Shown here: piece by piece, positions 21,678-31,681 of the stretch | How positions within the stretch are numbered: position 1 is the first letter of the stretch | Layout: each line of letters opens with the position of its first letter | NCBI GenBank assembly: GCA_965140585.1 | Contig: OZ223269.1 | Coordinates: forward strand, 1,216,001 to 1,280,000 | Length of the DNA stretch: 64,000 nucleotides | Direction of reading: 5' to 3' | Origin: Spirochaetia bacterium | GTDB lineage: Bacteria > Spirochaetota > Spirochaetia > UBA9216 | The notes under the pieces: model-generated | What the model was told of the DNA's origin: nothing | Seen by the model: the letters and a program-made list of their open reading frames with translations, nothing else | Databases searched by the model: none | Position numbers and translations under genes: made by a program

Positions 21678-21751
21678 GCCGCCTTAGCTCAGCTGGCCAG
21701 AGCACGTGACTTGTAATCTCGGGGTCGTCAGTTCGAATCTGACAGGCGGCT
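21678..21751 (+). tRNA. tRNA-Thr (TGT), CCA not encoded
   Basis: GCCGCCTTAGCTCAGCTGGCCAGAGCACGTGACTTGTAATCTCGGGGTCGTCAGTTCGAATCTGACAGGCGGCT. Confidence 0.96.
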
Positions 21752-21760
21752 GTAATCTTC

Positions 21761-21791
21761 AGGTAATACTCAATAAGTATTACCTTTTTTT
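21761..21791 (+). terminator. Rho-independent terminator after tRNA-Thr
   Basis: AGGTAATACT-caata-AGTATTACCT followed by a T-run. Confidence 0.8.
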
Positions 21792-21817
21792 ATGCCTGTG
21801 CATGCTATAATTTCAAT

Positions 21818-22144
21818 TTGTCAGATAATAGAGCAGATATCGATACGCTAATCAAACAATAAGGGCCGAAGGTATTCAATATTACCTACTGCTTCCTTGG
21901 TGATATTCATGATTTGTAAGATGCGGTTCAGGAAACATTTATTAAGGTTAATAAAAAAATTGACAGCTTTCAGAATCTCAGCATAATTTATACCTGGATT
22001 TACCGAATAGCAGTAAATACCAGTCTATCCTACAGGAAAAATTACAGCAGTAACCCATGTAAATGTGAGAAGAAAATCAGCTACCTCTTATCAGATAATG
22101 CACCGTATATTGAGTATAACCAGTGTCGTGACAGGTATAGTTAA
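21818..22144 (+). pseudogene. ECF sigma factor relic (region 2 only, two in-frame stops)
   Basis: Reads LIKQ*GPKVFNITYCFLGDIHDL*DAVQETFIKV...F...YTWIYRIAVN. TAA at 21860 and 21917; no region 4. Confidence 0.8.
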
Positions 22145-22157
22145 CTATTTCTTAACT

Positions 22158-22925
22158 TTAATTAAATGCAGTGAGAGTAAGGATTTCGGTTTTATCTGAG
22201 GTCACTGCTATTGTATGTTCAAACTGGGCACAGGGCATCCGGTCTTTTGTTATCACAGTCCAGTTATCATTCAGTGTTTCAACTGAATCTATACCTCTGG
22301 TAAGAATAGGCTCTATTGTAAAAACCATTCCGGGCACAACGGGTCTTCCGCTGCCCGATTCTCCTATATGAAGAACTGCGGGGTCTTCATGAATATCTCT
22401 GCCGATTCCATGACCGGTAAAATTCCTGAGAACTCTGAACCCCCTTCTTTCGGCAGCGCTTTGAATAGCAAATCCTATATCTCCCATTCTGCATCCGGCC
22501 GCTGCAGCATTTATACCGGCAGCGGTTGCTTCTGCAGCGGCGGCTATCAAGGCTTTTTTTTCGTCAGGAATTTTTCCGACAGGCAGAGTTACTGCACAGT
22601 CGCCATACCAGCCGTGAAGTCCAACAGTAAGATCAAGGGTAATAATATCACCTTCTCTGAGTATGTAATTATTTGGAACACCATGTGCAGCAACATGGTT
22701 AACTGAGGTGCATAAACAGGAGGGGAATCCCTTATAGCCTTTTAAAGCCGGTTCAGCTCCGGCTCCTGAAATCAGTTTTTCACACTTTAAGGCTATGGAA
22801 GAAGTCGACACACCCGGTTCGACTTCTTTCGATACTGATTCAAGTATACGGGCCGCCAAAGCACAGCTTTGCTTTATTCTCTGTATTTCGTTTTTTAATT
22901 TAAGGGGAACATATGAATATCCCAT
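22158..22925 (-). CDS. map: Methionine aminopeptidase type I
   Basis: CTSVNHVAAHGVP, DLT...GDCA, GHGIG..IHEDP, FTIEP, AQFEHT. Confidence 0.95.
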   Translation of the reverse strand: MGYSYVPLKLKNEIQRIKQSCALAARILESVSKEVEPGVSTSSIALKCEKLISGAGAEPALKGYKGFPSCLCTSVNHVAAHGVPNNYILREGDIITLDLTVGLHGWYGDCAVTLPVGKIPDEKKALIAAAAEATAAGINAAAAGCRMGDIGFAIQSAAERRGFRVLRNFTGHGIGRDIHEDPAVLHIGESGSGRPVVPGMVFTIEPILTRGIDSVETLNDNWTVITKDRMPCAQFEHTIAVTSDKTEILTLTAFN

Positions 22926-22927
22926 CT

Positions 22928-23308
22928 TTATTTTAAATCCGGTCTGAAACTCACTGTATCTCCAAGATAAACATGTTTGATTTCATTATTTTTTATATTT
23001 TTTTCAGTATTAAAAGTTATCATTACCCTTACTACCTTAGGCATGCTACCGGTGCAATCGGGTTCCACGGTACAAAACAGCGGAATATCACTGTATGCCT
23101 CGGACCCTGTCCGTAATGCTTTAGCCGGATTTATTGATACCAGATCGTGAGTAACGCTGAAAATCAAACTTACACAGTCCTCTGATTTCAGGCTGTTTAA
23201 ATTGAAGATACTGTCAACCATCCGGGTTACGCCCTCAATAATTTGTTCACTGTTGTCATTTTTGAAATTGATTGCGCCCCTTGCAGCTCTAGTCATTAAC
23301 ATCCCCAA
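22928..23308 (-). CDS. aroH: Chorismate mutase, AroH type
   Basis: RAARGA, SLIFSVT-DL--INPA, PLFC--E, HVYLG----RPDL. Confidence 0.88.
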   Translation of the reverse strand: MGMLMTRAARGAINFKNDNSEQIIEGVTRMVDSIFNLNSLKSEDCVSLIFSVTHDLVSINPAKALRTGSEAYSDIPLFCTVEPDCTGSMPKVVRVMITFNTEKNIKNNEIKHVYLGDTVSFRPDLK

Positions 23309-23311
23309 TTT

Positions 23312-23653
23312 TTAAATGCCGGACACAGGCTTTATAAAAACAAGCAGCGCTGAGATAAGAAAATACACTGCAAGATTAACAGCAATTCCGACACTGATAA
23401 TAATTATTCGTAAAGGCCTGTTTCTTTTATCCGATTTACCGGATAGTGCTAGAATAATGATGTAAAAAAAAGCCATTACAATAAAAATTAATGAAGCTAA
23501 TACGTATATCCTCATTAATAACGTAATTGTACTGTCGAGAAATGACTGGAAATTACCGATTACAATAAGACTGATTACCAGAAAAGAAAATACGAATAAA
23601 AATGTAACAAGCCTTCCGTATACCGATAATATTTTGTCATTCAGACTTTTCAT
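23312..23653 (-). CDS. Small membrane protein (about 3 TM)
   Basis: Hydrophobic ORF from MKSLNDKIL, co-oriented with aroH. Confidence 0.7.
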   Translation of the reverse strand: MKSLNDKILSVYGRLVTFLFVFSFLVISLIVIGNFQSFLDSTITLLMRIYVLASLIFIVMAFFYIIILALSGKSDKRNRPLRIIIISVGIAVNLAVYFLISALLVFIKPVSGI

Positions 23654-23702
23654 CGACGTTATTTTAACAGTAAATTTATCCTTGCACCATAGCTTTGTAA
23701 AA

Positions 23703-24611
23703 ATGTACACTGAAGATATGGAAAATGATTTTAGGTGCTTTCTAAAGACAGTAAATGAACTGAAACCTGTTCCTACCGGAACACCTGAACACAGCACAGA
23801 TTTAAGCATGATAAAAGCTGTAATATTCGATATTTACGGAACCCTTTTTATTTCAGGCTCCGGAGATGTTGGAACAGCAGTCTCATCCGGTTCATCTCTG
23901 GCATTCGGAAAAGCTTTTGAAAAACTGGGAATAATTATTCAAGAAACTGAAATTCTGGAACAGATCAAAGATCAGTATTTTTTACTGATTACACAATCAC
24001 ATTCAAGAGATAAGAAAAAGGGTATTTTATATCCTGAAGTCATTATCACTGATATATGGGCTGAAATTCTTAATAATCCGCTTATTAGCTCATCTACCGC
24101 GGGATACGATATAACACCTGAAACTGCAGCTGCAGCATTCGAGGGTGTGGTTAACCCTGTGTGGCCGATGCCGGGTCTCACAGACTGCCTGAAATCTCTT
24201 TACACTCAGGGATACAAACTTGGAATAGTATCCAATGCACAATTTTATACACCTGAACTGTTTCCTGTTTTCCTTGGAAAGAGTATCAAAGAACTCGGCT
24301 TCAATGACAACCTGAGTATTTTCTCATATAGAACTGGACGCGGGAAGCCTGATGTATATTTATTTGAAATGCTTAAAAAAGGACTTTCAACTTACAGCAT
24401 TGACGCATCAGAGGCTGTTTTTGTAGGTAATGACATGCTTAATGACATTTATGCCGCACACTCTGCCGGACTGAAGACTGCATTATTTGCAGGTGATAAA
24501 AGATCCCTGCGAATGAGGACTGATAATCCGTCTTGCAGAAAGCTTAAACCCGATGTAATATTTAACAACCTTGGTAAGTTTCCAGAAATTCTTCGGGAAG
24601 GTGGTATATGA
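23703..24611 (+). CDS. HAD family hydrolase
   Basis: FDIYGTL, IVSNAQ, GKPD, VGNDMLND motifs. Start may be 23703 or 23718. Confidence 0.88.
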   Translation: MYTEDMENDFRCFLKTVNELKPVPTGTPEHSTDLSMIKAVIFDIYGTLFISGSGDVGTAVSSGSSLAFGKAFEKLGIIIQETEILEQIKDQYFLLITQSHSRDKKKGILYPEVIITDIWAEILNNPLISSSTAGYDITPETAAAAFEGVVNPVWPMPGLTDCLKSLYTQGYKLGIVSNAQFYTPELFPVFLGKSIKELGFNDNLSIFSYRTGRGKPDVYLFEMLKKGLSTYSIDASEAVFVGNDMLNDIYAAHSAGLKTALFAGDKRSLRMRTDNPSCRKLKPDVIFNNLGKFPEILREGGI

Positions 24612-25465
24612 AAAAAAGATCAAAGATTGCGGGAACAATAATCATCATTCTTTTAATTGCCGCCGCTGGAGCAGCTGTTATTTTCGGGTACTATCAGTTT
24701 CAGCTTCCTTCTGACACCTATGCAGTTATTTACACAAAAATAAACGGGTGGAACCCTGAGGTTGTAAAACCGGGAGAGTTCCGGATTGAATGGGAAGGGC
24801 TAATACCGGCCAATCTTTCAATGCAGAAAATTGTAATACTTCCCCACCAGCTTAGTATAAACCGCAGCGGAGAATTGCCGTCATCCGATGTCTACAGCAG
24901 AATGATCGAAGGCGATGCGGATTTTTCTTACGAAGCTGAAATACGAATTTCCTATACCCTTACTCCCGAAACCCTCCCGGCCCTCGTTGAAGATCGCTTT
25001 TTAAGAGAGGACAATATAAACGGGTTTTATACTGATTATGATGCTGATATAACCGCCGCAGTAACTGCATTCCTGACAGATGCTGTTACTTCAAATCCCG
25101 AAAGCTTTTCCGCTGACCCTTCAAAGCTTTCGGATCCACTATATGAGTCACTTAATAAAGATTTCCCTAATCTGTCGATAGCAATGATTTCAATAAATAA
25201 ACTTATATATCCTGATATAGAACTTTATAACCGTGTCAGAGAACTTTATCTGTCATCGCTGGAAGTCAAAAGAGAGCTTGAGAAATCTGCGGCTGAAAAA
25301 ACCGCGACAAAACTTTCTGAGGAAACCGCAAAGATAGAGCTTCTGCGCAAATACGGTGAGCTTTTCACAAGCTATCCCGCTCTTCTGGATTATTTTGCAT
25401 TAGAGAACAAGGGTAACAGCATGCTTTCAGGATTAGAACTTCCTGATTTCAATCTGGAGAATTAA
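24608..25465 (+). CDS. Membrane-anchored hypothetical protein (possibly SPFH/band-7-like)
   Basis: N-terminal TM, beta-rich segment, C-terminal coiled coil; ATGA overlap with the HAD gene. Confidence 0.65.
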   Translation: MKKRSKIAGTIIIILLIAAAGAAVIFGYYQFQLPSDTYAVIYTKINGWNPEVVKPGEFRIEWEGLIPANLSMQKIVILPHQLSINRSGELPSSDVYSRMIEGDADFSYEAEIRISYTLTPETLPALVEDRFLREDNINGFYTDYDADITAAVTAFLTDAVTSNPESFSADPSKLSDPLYESLNKDFPNLSIAMISINKLIYPDIELYNRVRELYLSSLEVKRELEKSAAEKTATKLSEETAKIELLRKYGELFTSYPALLDYFALENKGNSMLSGLELPDFNLEN

Positions 25466-25506
25466 TATCCAAGAAGATTAAATATTGATTTTCTATGCTG
25501 ACTTCG

Positions 25507-27252
25507 TCAGGAGGCTTCCATCTTTATAACCATGGACATCAGATTACGAAACTCTTTAAGATGCTTCGCTCTGGTCTTCAGCAGGCTTACAAGCGTTATT
25601 GATTTACCCTTAAGCAGATAATGCCTGTTCAGCTGAATCTTCATGACATTAGTTGTACTGTTAACCAGTTCTTCGAATATTTTTTCAAGTCCGCCCAGCG
25701 AATCCATTCCGGCATCAAGAAGAGTCTTGACTTCACGGTTCTTGTGTACAACCATCGTTCGGTAAATCCTCTGCTGGGAAGGTTCAGAAATAAGAGAAAT
25801 ACGTAATTTATGAAAAATCTTACCGTCCTCTTCCTCCGGAGCAAGTGAGTCATCAGAAGCCTTTATCTTGCTTTCAAGATCCTGCAGTGCTATGCTGTGA
25901 TTAAGAAGCCTGTCTCTTGTTATACGGTTCTGTGCAAGGATTCCCTTTTCAAGTATTGAAACAACTTCGCTCAAATGTCCCTGATAAAAACTTACGACAT
26001 AGTTATAAAGAAGATTTAGCGACTTTGTATGTGTAAAAAACGGAAGCCCCATTTTCTGATAATCTATAGCGGCATACTTTCTATAGTTACAAAACTCGAT
26101 AAACCGTTTTCCCTTGAAAATACGGCCTATTTCCTTCTCAATGTATTCTTTCTGAATCTCGGTATAGATTTCTTCAAGCTTTTCCCTGGCCTTCTTGCGA
26201 AGTATTTCCCTGTAGATCATCTTGAAGGGCTGCTCAACATCGACATAATTGATTTTCAGGTAGGGATCTTTTAAAAAGAACCTTAGAAGTTCAAGAATAG
26301 GCATTTTCCTGTTAAAGGCCTTTATACTGAGGATAAATTCCTTAAGTTCATCCTGATTTTCTTCAGGCCATATCTCCGACCCTTCGAAACTTCTGAGAAA
26401 CTCAATGAGGTATCTGTTTATTCGGTATGTTTCATTGAGTTCAGCCCCCCGGTTAACTGCCTTGTAAAGTAGTCTCAAATCATCTAAACAAAGCATAACT
26501 GATGCATTTTTAAAAAAATGTTTCCCGCCGTCCTCTCCGCTTCTGTTTGGGGTAAAACTGAATTTCTGAAAAAAAGCAGTATATGGAAAAAGTATCAGAT
26601 CTTTTAGTCTGTATAAGGGTTTAAGACTGTTATCTATATCATTGTACAACAGCTCGGGAATGCTTGTTATATATTCATCAATCCGCCGTTCGGCCTCTTC
26701 CCTTATAAAATCCTTTCGTCCTGTAGCTGCGTATAGCTGTACAAGCTCATCCATACTGATAAAATCTTCAAGCTCATTCTTACACTGCTCATACATCCCC
26801 CTGATAATATACAGAAGGCTTGATTCAAAAACTCCGGCTTCCATCCAGAGCTTTCTGTAAAGCTCTCTGAAGGCGAATGTTCTGCTGTATATGTTAAAAA
26901 CTTCCTCTGCAAACTGGGGAGTCAGATTTCTGCTTTCAAAGCCCGTAATTCCAGGTTGCTTTTTATTAATATATTTTTTAACCTGCTTTATTCTTCGGTC
27001 TATAAGGATATCGGTGATTTTTCTTCCGCTAAGCTTGCTTCGGATAAAAAGAATCGTGCGTCTGAACCAGCTCATAAGATGCAGGTCTTCGTTTATATGT
27101 CCTTCGATTGAATCTTCAGATTCTGCCGCGGGAATCTCATTATTATCGACCGTCTGTGTATTCAGACTGCTGTTTATTCTATCTAGAAGTGTAGTTCTTT
27201 CTTTTTCAGACAGTGAATGGGATAGTTCATCAAGTACATTCTTCTTGTACAT
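25507..27252 (-). CDS. Conserved spirochaetal helical protein (likely DUF5312 family)
   Basis: 581-aa ORF beginning L---LS--ER--LL; lies next to thiN. Family call is from memory only. Confidence 0.6.
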   Translation of the reverse strand: MYKKNVLDELSHSLSEKERTTLLDRINSSLNTQTVDNNEIPAAESEDSIEGHINEDLHLMSWFRRTILFIRSKLSGRKITDILIDRRIKQVKKYINKKQPGITGFESRNLTPQFAEEVFNIYSRTFAFRELYRKLWMEAGVFESSLLYIIRGMYEQCKNELEDFISMDELVQLYAATGRKDFIREEAERRIDEYITSIPELLYNDIDNSLKPLYRLKDLILFPYTAFFQKFSFTPNRSGEDGGKHFFKNASVMLCLDDLRLLYKAVNRGAELNETYRINRYLIEFLRSFEGSEIWPEENQDELKEFILSIKAFNRKMPILELLRFFLKDPYLKINYVDVEQPFKMIYREILRKKAREKLEEIYTEIQKEYIEKEIGRIFKGKRFIEFCNYRKYAAIDYQKMGLPFFTHTKSLNLLYNYVVSFYQGHLSEVVSILEKGILAQNRITRDRLLNHSIALQDLESKIKASDDSLAPEEEDGKIFHKLRISLISEPSQQRIYRTMVVHKNREVKTLLDAGMDSLGGLEKIFEELVNSTTNVMKIQLNRHYLLKGKSITLVSLLKTRAKHLKEFRNLMSMVIKMEAS

Positions 27253-27264
27253 TAATCACCTCTG

Positions 27265-27894
27265 CTAAATAACATTATTAATAATAACTGCGGCCTTTCC
27301 CTTAAAAAGTCTGACCTTAACTTCTGTTCCAACCGAAACATTGCTCAAACTACAACTGTCGGCCTCCCAGACTGTCTCTTTGAGTTCCCATTTTAAACCG
27401 CTTGTGGATATTATACACGGATATTCGCCTATCGGAAAGATGGATATTGTCTGACCGTTTCTTACCCTGAACATTTCTTCGGTTTCTACCGGGATGATAG
27501 TCTCTGTATCAGTAATCCAACGTACTGGATGCGGCTGTTTTCTGAATATGTTCAGTATTCCAAGCGTATGATCAAGCCGGCCTCCGCCTCCTCCTATCAA
27601 AGTCACATTTTTAAATCCATTCTGAAAAAGGTATTCAACTGCCAGCTCAGTATCAGTAAAATCCTTATCAACAGGATGCAGAACTTTTCTGTCGGCAGGT
27701 AGATTTTTTATCCCTGATTTGTCTACAACCGAATCCATATCGCCTATAAATATATCAGGAACTATTCCATAGGATAATGAAAGATCCCAGCCTGAATCCG
27801 CTGCTACTATCAGCGAAGATTCCTGAAGTATGTCTTTAATATCCCCTTTTCCAGGTCCAAATCCTCCGGTTACAACAGCTCCAATTTTGTCCAT
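27265..27894 (-). CDS. thiN: Thiamine diphosphokinase
   Basis: [34 protein letters not shown]. Confidence 0.93.
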   Translation of the reverse strand: MDKIGAVVTGGFGPGKGDIKDILQESSLIVAADSGWDLSLSYGIVPDIFIGDMDSVVDKSGIKNLPADRKVLHPVDKDFTDTELAVEYLFQNGFKNVTLIGGGGGRLDHTLGILNIFRKQPHPVRWITDTETIIPVETEEMFRVRNGQTISIFPIGEYPCIISTSGLKWELKETVWEADSCSLSNVSVGTEVKVRLFKGKAAVIINNVI

Positions 27895-27945
27895 ACACGA
27901 TTATATCAGATTTTATAATTTTTTATCAAAGTTAAATGAATTTCC

Positions 27946-27972
27946 TAAAGAGGATTTTTCAAATACCGACCA
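27946..27972 (+). promoter_or_regulatory. Sigma28 (FliA) promoter of flagellin
   Basis: TAAA-N15-ACCGACCA against consensus TAAA-N15-GCCGATAA. Confidence 0.75.
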
Positions 27973-27980
27973 TTTTAAAA

Positions 27981-27996
27981 GGGACAAGGATGTCCC
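27981..27996 (+). promoter_or_regulatory. CsrA-binding hairpin in the flagellin 5' UTR
   Basis: GGGACA-AGGA-TGTCCC stem-loop containing ACAAGGATGT; a second GGA site overlaps the RBS (CAAGGAGGA). Confidence 0.8.
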
Positions 27997-28021
27997 GTGT
28001 CAAATAATCAAGGAGGATTAT

Positions 28022-28894
28022 ATGATCATTAATCACAACATCAGTGCGATGTTTGCCCAGAGAAGTCAGAAATTCAATTCATGGGCAATGGACTCAGACA
28101 TGAGTAAGCTTTCATCAGGTATGCGGATTAACAAAGCTGGTGATGATGCTTCCGGTCTTGCCGTTTCAGAAAAGATGAGATCACAGATTAGAGGTCTCAA
28201 CAGAGCTGAGAAGAATGCAGAAGACGGAATATCATTTATTCAGGCTACTGAAGGCTACCTCGGTGAAACAACTCAAATTCTTCAGAGACTCAGAGAACTC
28301 GCAGTACAGTCTTCCAACGGTATTTATTCAAGTGAAGACAGAATGCAGATTCAGGTTGAAGTTTCACAGCTGATTGACGAAGTCAACAGAATTGCATCAC
28401 ACGCACAGTTCAACGGAATGAATATGCTCACAGGCCGCTTTGCTAAGGAAGGCGCTGAAAATTTCGTTACAGCAAGTATGTGGCTGCATATCGGTGCAAA
28501 TATCGATCAGCGTGAAAGAATGTACATTGGTACAATGACAGCCCAGGGTCTCGGTCTTCAGCAGGCAGGCGGTTACGCTCATTCTGCTAGTTTTATCTCC
28601 ATATCAACACCGGACAAAGCTAACATCTCGATAGCTATGATTGATACTGCAATCAGAAAAGTTAACAAACAGAGAGCCGATCTGGGTGCTTACCAGAACC
28701 GGCTTGAATATGCAGCTCAGGGACTGTCCATAGGTGCTGAAAATCTGCAGGCTGCAGAATCCAGAATCAGGGACGCCGATATGGCTAAGGAAATGGTTAC
28801 TTACGTTAAGGATCAGATCCTTGTTCAGGCTTCTACAGCAATGCTGGCACAGGCTAACCAGAAAGGTCAGTCAGTACTTCAGCTCTTTCAGTAG
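28022..28894 (+). CDS. flaB: Flagellin (FlaB class, periplasmic flagellar core)
   Basis: [56 protein letters not shown] at 28022 follows AGGAGG. Confidence 0.97.
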   Translation: MIINHNISAMFAQRSQKFNSWAMDSDMSKLSSGMRINKAGDDASGLAVSEKMRSQIRGLNRAEKNAEDGISFIQATEGYLGETTQILQRLRELAVQSSNGIYSSEDRMQIQVEVSQLIDEVNRIASHAQFNGMNMLTGRFAKEGAENFVTASMWLHIGANIDQRERMYIGTMTAQGLGLQQAGGYAHSASFISISTPDKANISIAMIDTAIRKVNKQRADLGAYQNRLEYAAQGLSIGAENLQAAESRIRDADMAKEMVTYVKDQILVQASTAMLAQANQKGQSVLQLFQ

Positions 28895-28939
28895 ATTTAA
28901 AGCATTCAAAGTTCCAGTCCAGACATTAACTGATACCAG

Positions 28940-28971
28940 GGAGACTTCCGTATGGAAGTCTCTTTTTGTTT
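28940..28971 (+). terminator. Rho-independent terminator after flaB
   Basis: GAGACTTCC-gtat-GGAAGTCTC followed by TTTTT. Confidence 0.85.
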
Positions 28972-29016
28972 CTGTATTGTTGACAAGCTTAATGTATCAG
29001 GTATTATTGTAATCTT

Positions 29017-30378
29017 ATGAGACGCAAAGTTGATCCTGATGTTATTAAATTCTCAAAGATTATCAAGGATGCAGGCTACAGCTGTTTCCTGGTCGGAGGG
29101 GCTGTCAGAAACATCTCTGCAGGCCTGAAGGTCTCTGATTATGATTTTACAACGGATGCAAAGCCTGAGATCATCTGCAGCCTGTTCAGAAATGTTATAC
29201 CTACCGGCATTAAACATGGAACTGTAACTGTACTTTTTAAAAATCATAGATTTGAAATAACAACCTATAGAGAGGATGGCGAGTACACCGATTTCAGACG
29301 ACCAGACGAGGTAAAATTTACCCCTGATATTTTTGAAGACTTAAAAAGACGTGATTTTACCATTAACTCAATGGCCTATGATGTTCTGACTGATGAACTT
29401 CTAGACCCTCACGGCGGCCGCAGCGACCTTGATGCCGGAATAATCAAAGCCATTGGAAATCCGGCAGACCGGTTCCAGGAAGATGCACTCCGGATAATGA
29501 GAGCATGCCGTTTTGCCGCTCAGCTGGAATTTCAAATCGAAACCGAAACATTTAATGGAATGAAGCTCAAGGCAGAGAATCTCAGGGCGGTATCAGCAGA
29601 AAGGATACGCGATGAGATAGAAAAAATATTCAAAACCAGACTTCCCTCAATAGCATTCCAGATAATGGAAAAAACAGGTGTTATGCAGGTAATACTTCCT
29701 GAGCTTTCAGTTTGCCGGGGCGTTGCACAGAAGGGCTATCATGATTTTGATGTACTTGATCACCTCCTTTTTTCATGTGACGGAGCACCGCCGGATAATA
29801 TGATTGTAAGGCTTGCAGCCCTTCTCCACGATACTGGAAAACCCGATGCCGCAGATATTGATACTGATGGGTTTCCTACATTTCATGGACATGAAATAAA
29901 ATCTGTAGCTATCAGCAGAGAAATTATCCAGCGTTTTAAATTCTCTAAAAATGCGGAAGCCCGAACTCTTCACCTGATTAAGCATCATATGTTTAATTAT
30001 CAGGATGAATGGACTGATGCAGCGGTACGCCGATTCATATCAAGGGTTGGCACTGACTACATTAACGATCTTTTTATACTCAGACGGGCTGATCAGTACG
30101 GTATGAAAAAGTCCTATGCTGACTCGCAGAACCTGCTGGATCTTAAAAAAAGAATCGATGCAATACTTTCACAGGAAAATGCATTCAGTATAAGGGACCT
30201 TGCAGTAAATGGAAACATGCTTAATATCAAGGCGGGTATACCAAAGGGACCTGCAATGGGCACAGTACTTGAATTTCTGCTTGAATCGGTTCTTGAAGAT
30301 CCAGAATTAAATACTGAGGGTAAATTATTAAAAATTGCTGATAATTTTTACAGAAAAAGGATTAATCTTCCTCAATAA
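29017..30378 (+). CDS. cca: CCA tRNA nucleotidyltransferase with HD domain
   Basis: LVGGAVRN, DYDFTT, RRDFTINSMA, RFQEDALRIMR, LLHD-GK. All three tRNAs in the window lack encoded CCA. Confidence 0.9.
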   Translation: MRRKVDPDVIKFSKIIKDAGYSCFLVGGAVRNISAGLKVSDYDFTTDAKPEIICSLFRNVIPTGIKHGTVTVLFKNHRFEITTYREDGEYTDFRRPDEVKFTPDIFEDLKRRDFTINSMAYDVLTDELLDPHGGRSDLDAGIIKAIGNPADRFQEDALRIMRACRFAAQLEFQIETETFNGMKLKAENLRAVSAERIRDEIEKIFKTRLPSIAFQIMEKTGVMQVILPELSVCRGVAQKGYHDFDVLDHLLFSCDGAPPDNMIVRLAALLHDTGKPDAADIDTDGFPTFHGHEIKSVAISREIIQRFKFSKNAEARTLHLIKHHMFNYQDEWTDAAVRRFISRVGTDYINDLFILRRADQYGMKKSYADSQNLLDLKKRIDAILSQENAFSIRDLAVNGNMLNIKAGIPKGPAMGTVLEFLLESVLEDPELNTEGKLLKIADNFYRKRINLPQ

Positions 30379-31123
30379 ACTCAGGAATTAAAGTTTTATA
30401 TGCTATACCTGCAGCCTGCTGTTCAGCTTCTTTTTTATTCTTTCCCTTTCCGGGTCCGTATGCAGTACCTTTAACCTTAACTTCAATCCAGAAGGTTCTG
30501 TCATGATCAGGCCCTGTCTTTTTGACCAGGTTATATCTGGGATAACTTTTGTAATTTTTCTGAACGTATTCCTGTAGAAGTGTTTTGTAGTCTTTTCTGT
30601 GCTTATTTTCTATTACCTTATTAATTTCGGGAATAAGGTATTTAAGAATAAAATTCTGAACACTTTTAAATCCGGAATCAAGATAGTAGGCGCCAATTAT
30701 TGCTTCCATGCAGTCAGCAAGAATGGCTTTTTTTGATCGGCCGCCTGAATATTCCTCGCCTTTTCCAATGAGTATGAAATTATCAACCTTTATATTCTTG
30801 GCGATTCCTGCAAGACTGTCTTCGCTCACAACAAAGGATTTAATCCTGGCGAGATCACCTTCCGGTTTGTCAGCCATGATACGGAAAAGATAATCACTTA
30901 CAACCATACCGAGTACACTGTCACCAAGGAATTCGAGTTTTTCGTTATTATCTATATCTGAACTGTTTTCGTTTGAAAACGAACGGTGGGAGAAGGCAAG
31001 GTTCAGGAAGTCTAATTTCCTGAACCTTATCCCTGCGTGCTTCTCAAATAACTGCAGCTCTTTCTTTCTTTCAGGATCAACCGATGGAGTTTTGAGCGCA
31101 GGCAGTTTAGGTAAAAGAACCAC
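30362..31123 (-). CDS. rnc: Ribonuclease III
   Basis: NEKLEFLGDSVL, ADCMEAIIGA, dsRBD DYKTLLQE...KKEAEQ. Confidence 0.97.
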   Translation of the reverse strand: MVLLPKLPALKTPSVDPERKKELQLFEKHAGIRFRKLDFLNLAFSHRSFSNENSSDIDNNEKLEFLGDSVLGMVVSDYLFRIMADKPEGDLARIKSFVVSEDSLAGIAKNIKVDNFILIGKGEEYSGGRSKKAILADCMEAIIGAYYLDSGFKSVQNFILKYLIPEINKVIENKHRKDYKTLLQEYVQKNYKSYPRYNLVKKTGPDHDRTFWIEVKVKGTAYGPGKGKNKKEAEQQAAGIAYKTLIPEFIEED

Positions 31124-31136
31124 GACGAAATAATTC

Positions 31137-31373
31137 TTAGCTCTGTGCTGATTTGATAAAGTTTACCGCATCGCCAACAGTTTCAAACTCGTTAGCTTTC
31201 TCGTCAGGGATAGTGATTCCCATTTCTTCTTCGATTGCATAAACCAGCTCGTAAGTGTCAAGACTGTCAGCGCCAAGATCCTGTCTGAATGATGCTTCAG
31301 GAGTGATCTTGTCTTCTTCAACCTCAAGCTTTTCAGCAATAAGCTTCTTTATTTTTTCAAAAAGCTCGTCCAT
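31137..31373 (-). CDS. acpP: Acyl carrier protein
   Basis: DLGADSLD motif. Confidence 0.97.
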   Translation of the reverse strand: MDELFEKIKKLIAEKLEVEEDKITPEASFRQDLGADSLDTYELVYAIEEEMGITIPDEKANEFETVGDAVNFIKSAQS

Positions 31374-31393
31374 TCTTTGCTCCTTCTTAGGCT

Positions 31394-31582
31394 TTACGCC
31401 ATTTCTTCAAGCTCAATAACCTGTTTTCCACGGTAAAAGCCGCATTTTGAGCATACCCTGTGGGGCAGGATCAAGTTGCCGCAGCTACCGCACTCAACCA
31501 GATTACTAGCGTTTAGCTTGTTATTGATAGACCTTCTTCTCCGGCTTCTGGCCTTTGAAGTTTTATATTTTGGTACTGCCAT
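31394..31582 (-). CDS. rpmF: 50S ribosomal protein L32
   Basis: MAVPKYKTSK...CGSCG...HRVCSKCGFY. Confidence 0.97.
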   Translation of the reverse strand: MAVPKYKTSKARSRRRRSINNKLNASNLVECGSCGNLILPHRVCSKCGFYRGKQVIELEEMA

Positions 31583-31681
31583 TATTAATGCCTCTCATAC
31601 AACTTATAGTTAACAGACCATACAGTATAGAATTACAATTGTCAAGCACCCCATAATGCAAAGTCTTTTTATAAATAATAC

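Noticed and set aside
21704-21722. U-U mismatch in the tRNA-Thr anticodon stem
   Set aside because: A single mismatch with otherwise canonical arms, promoter and terminator; not evidence of a pseudo-tRNA.
27830-28021. N-terminal extension of the flagellin ORF
   Set aside because: It overlaps thiN and the promoter; the canonical MIINHN start with RBS is at 28022.
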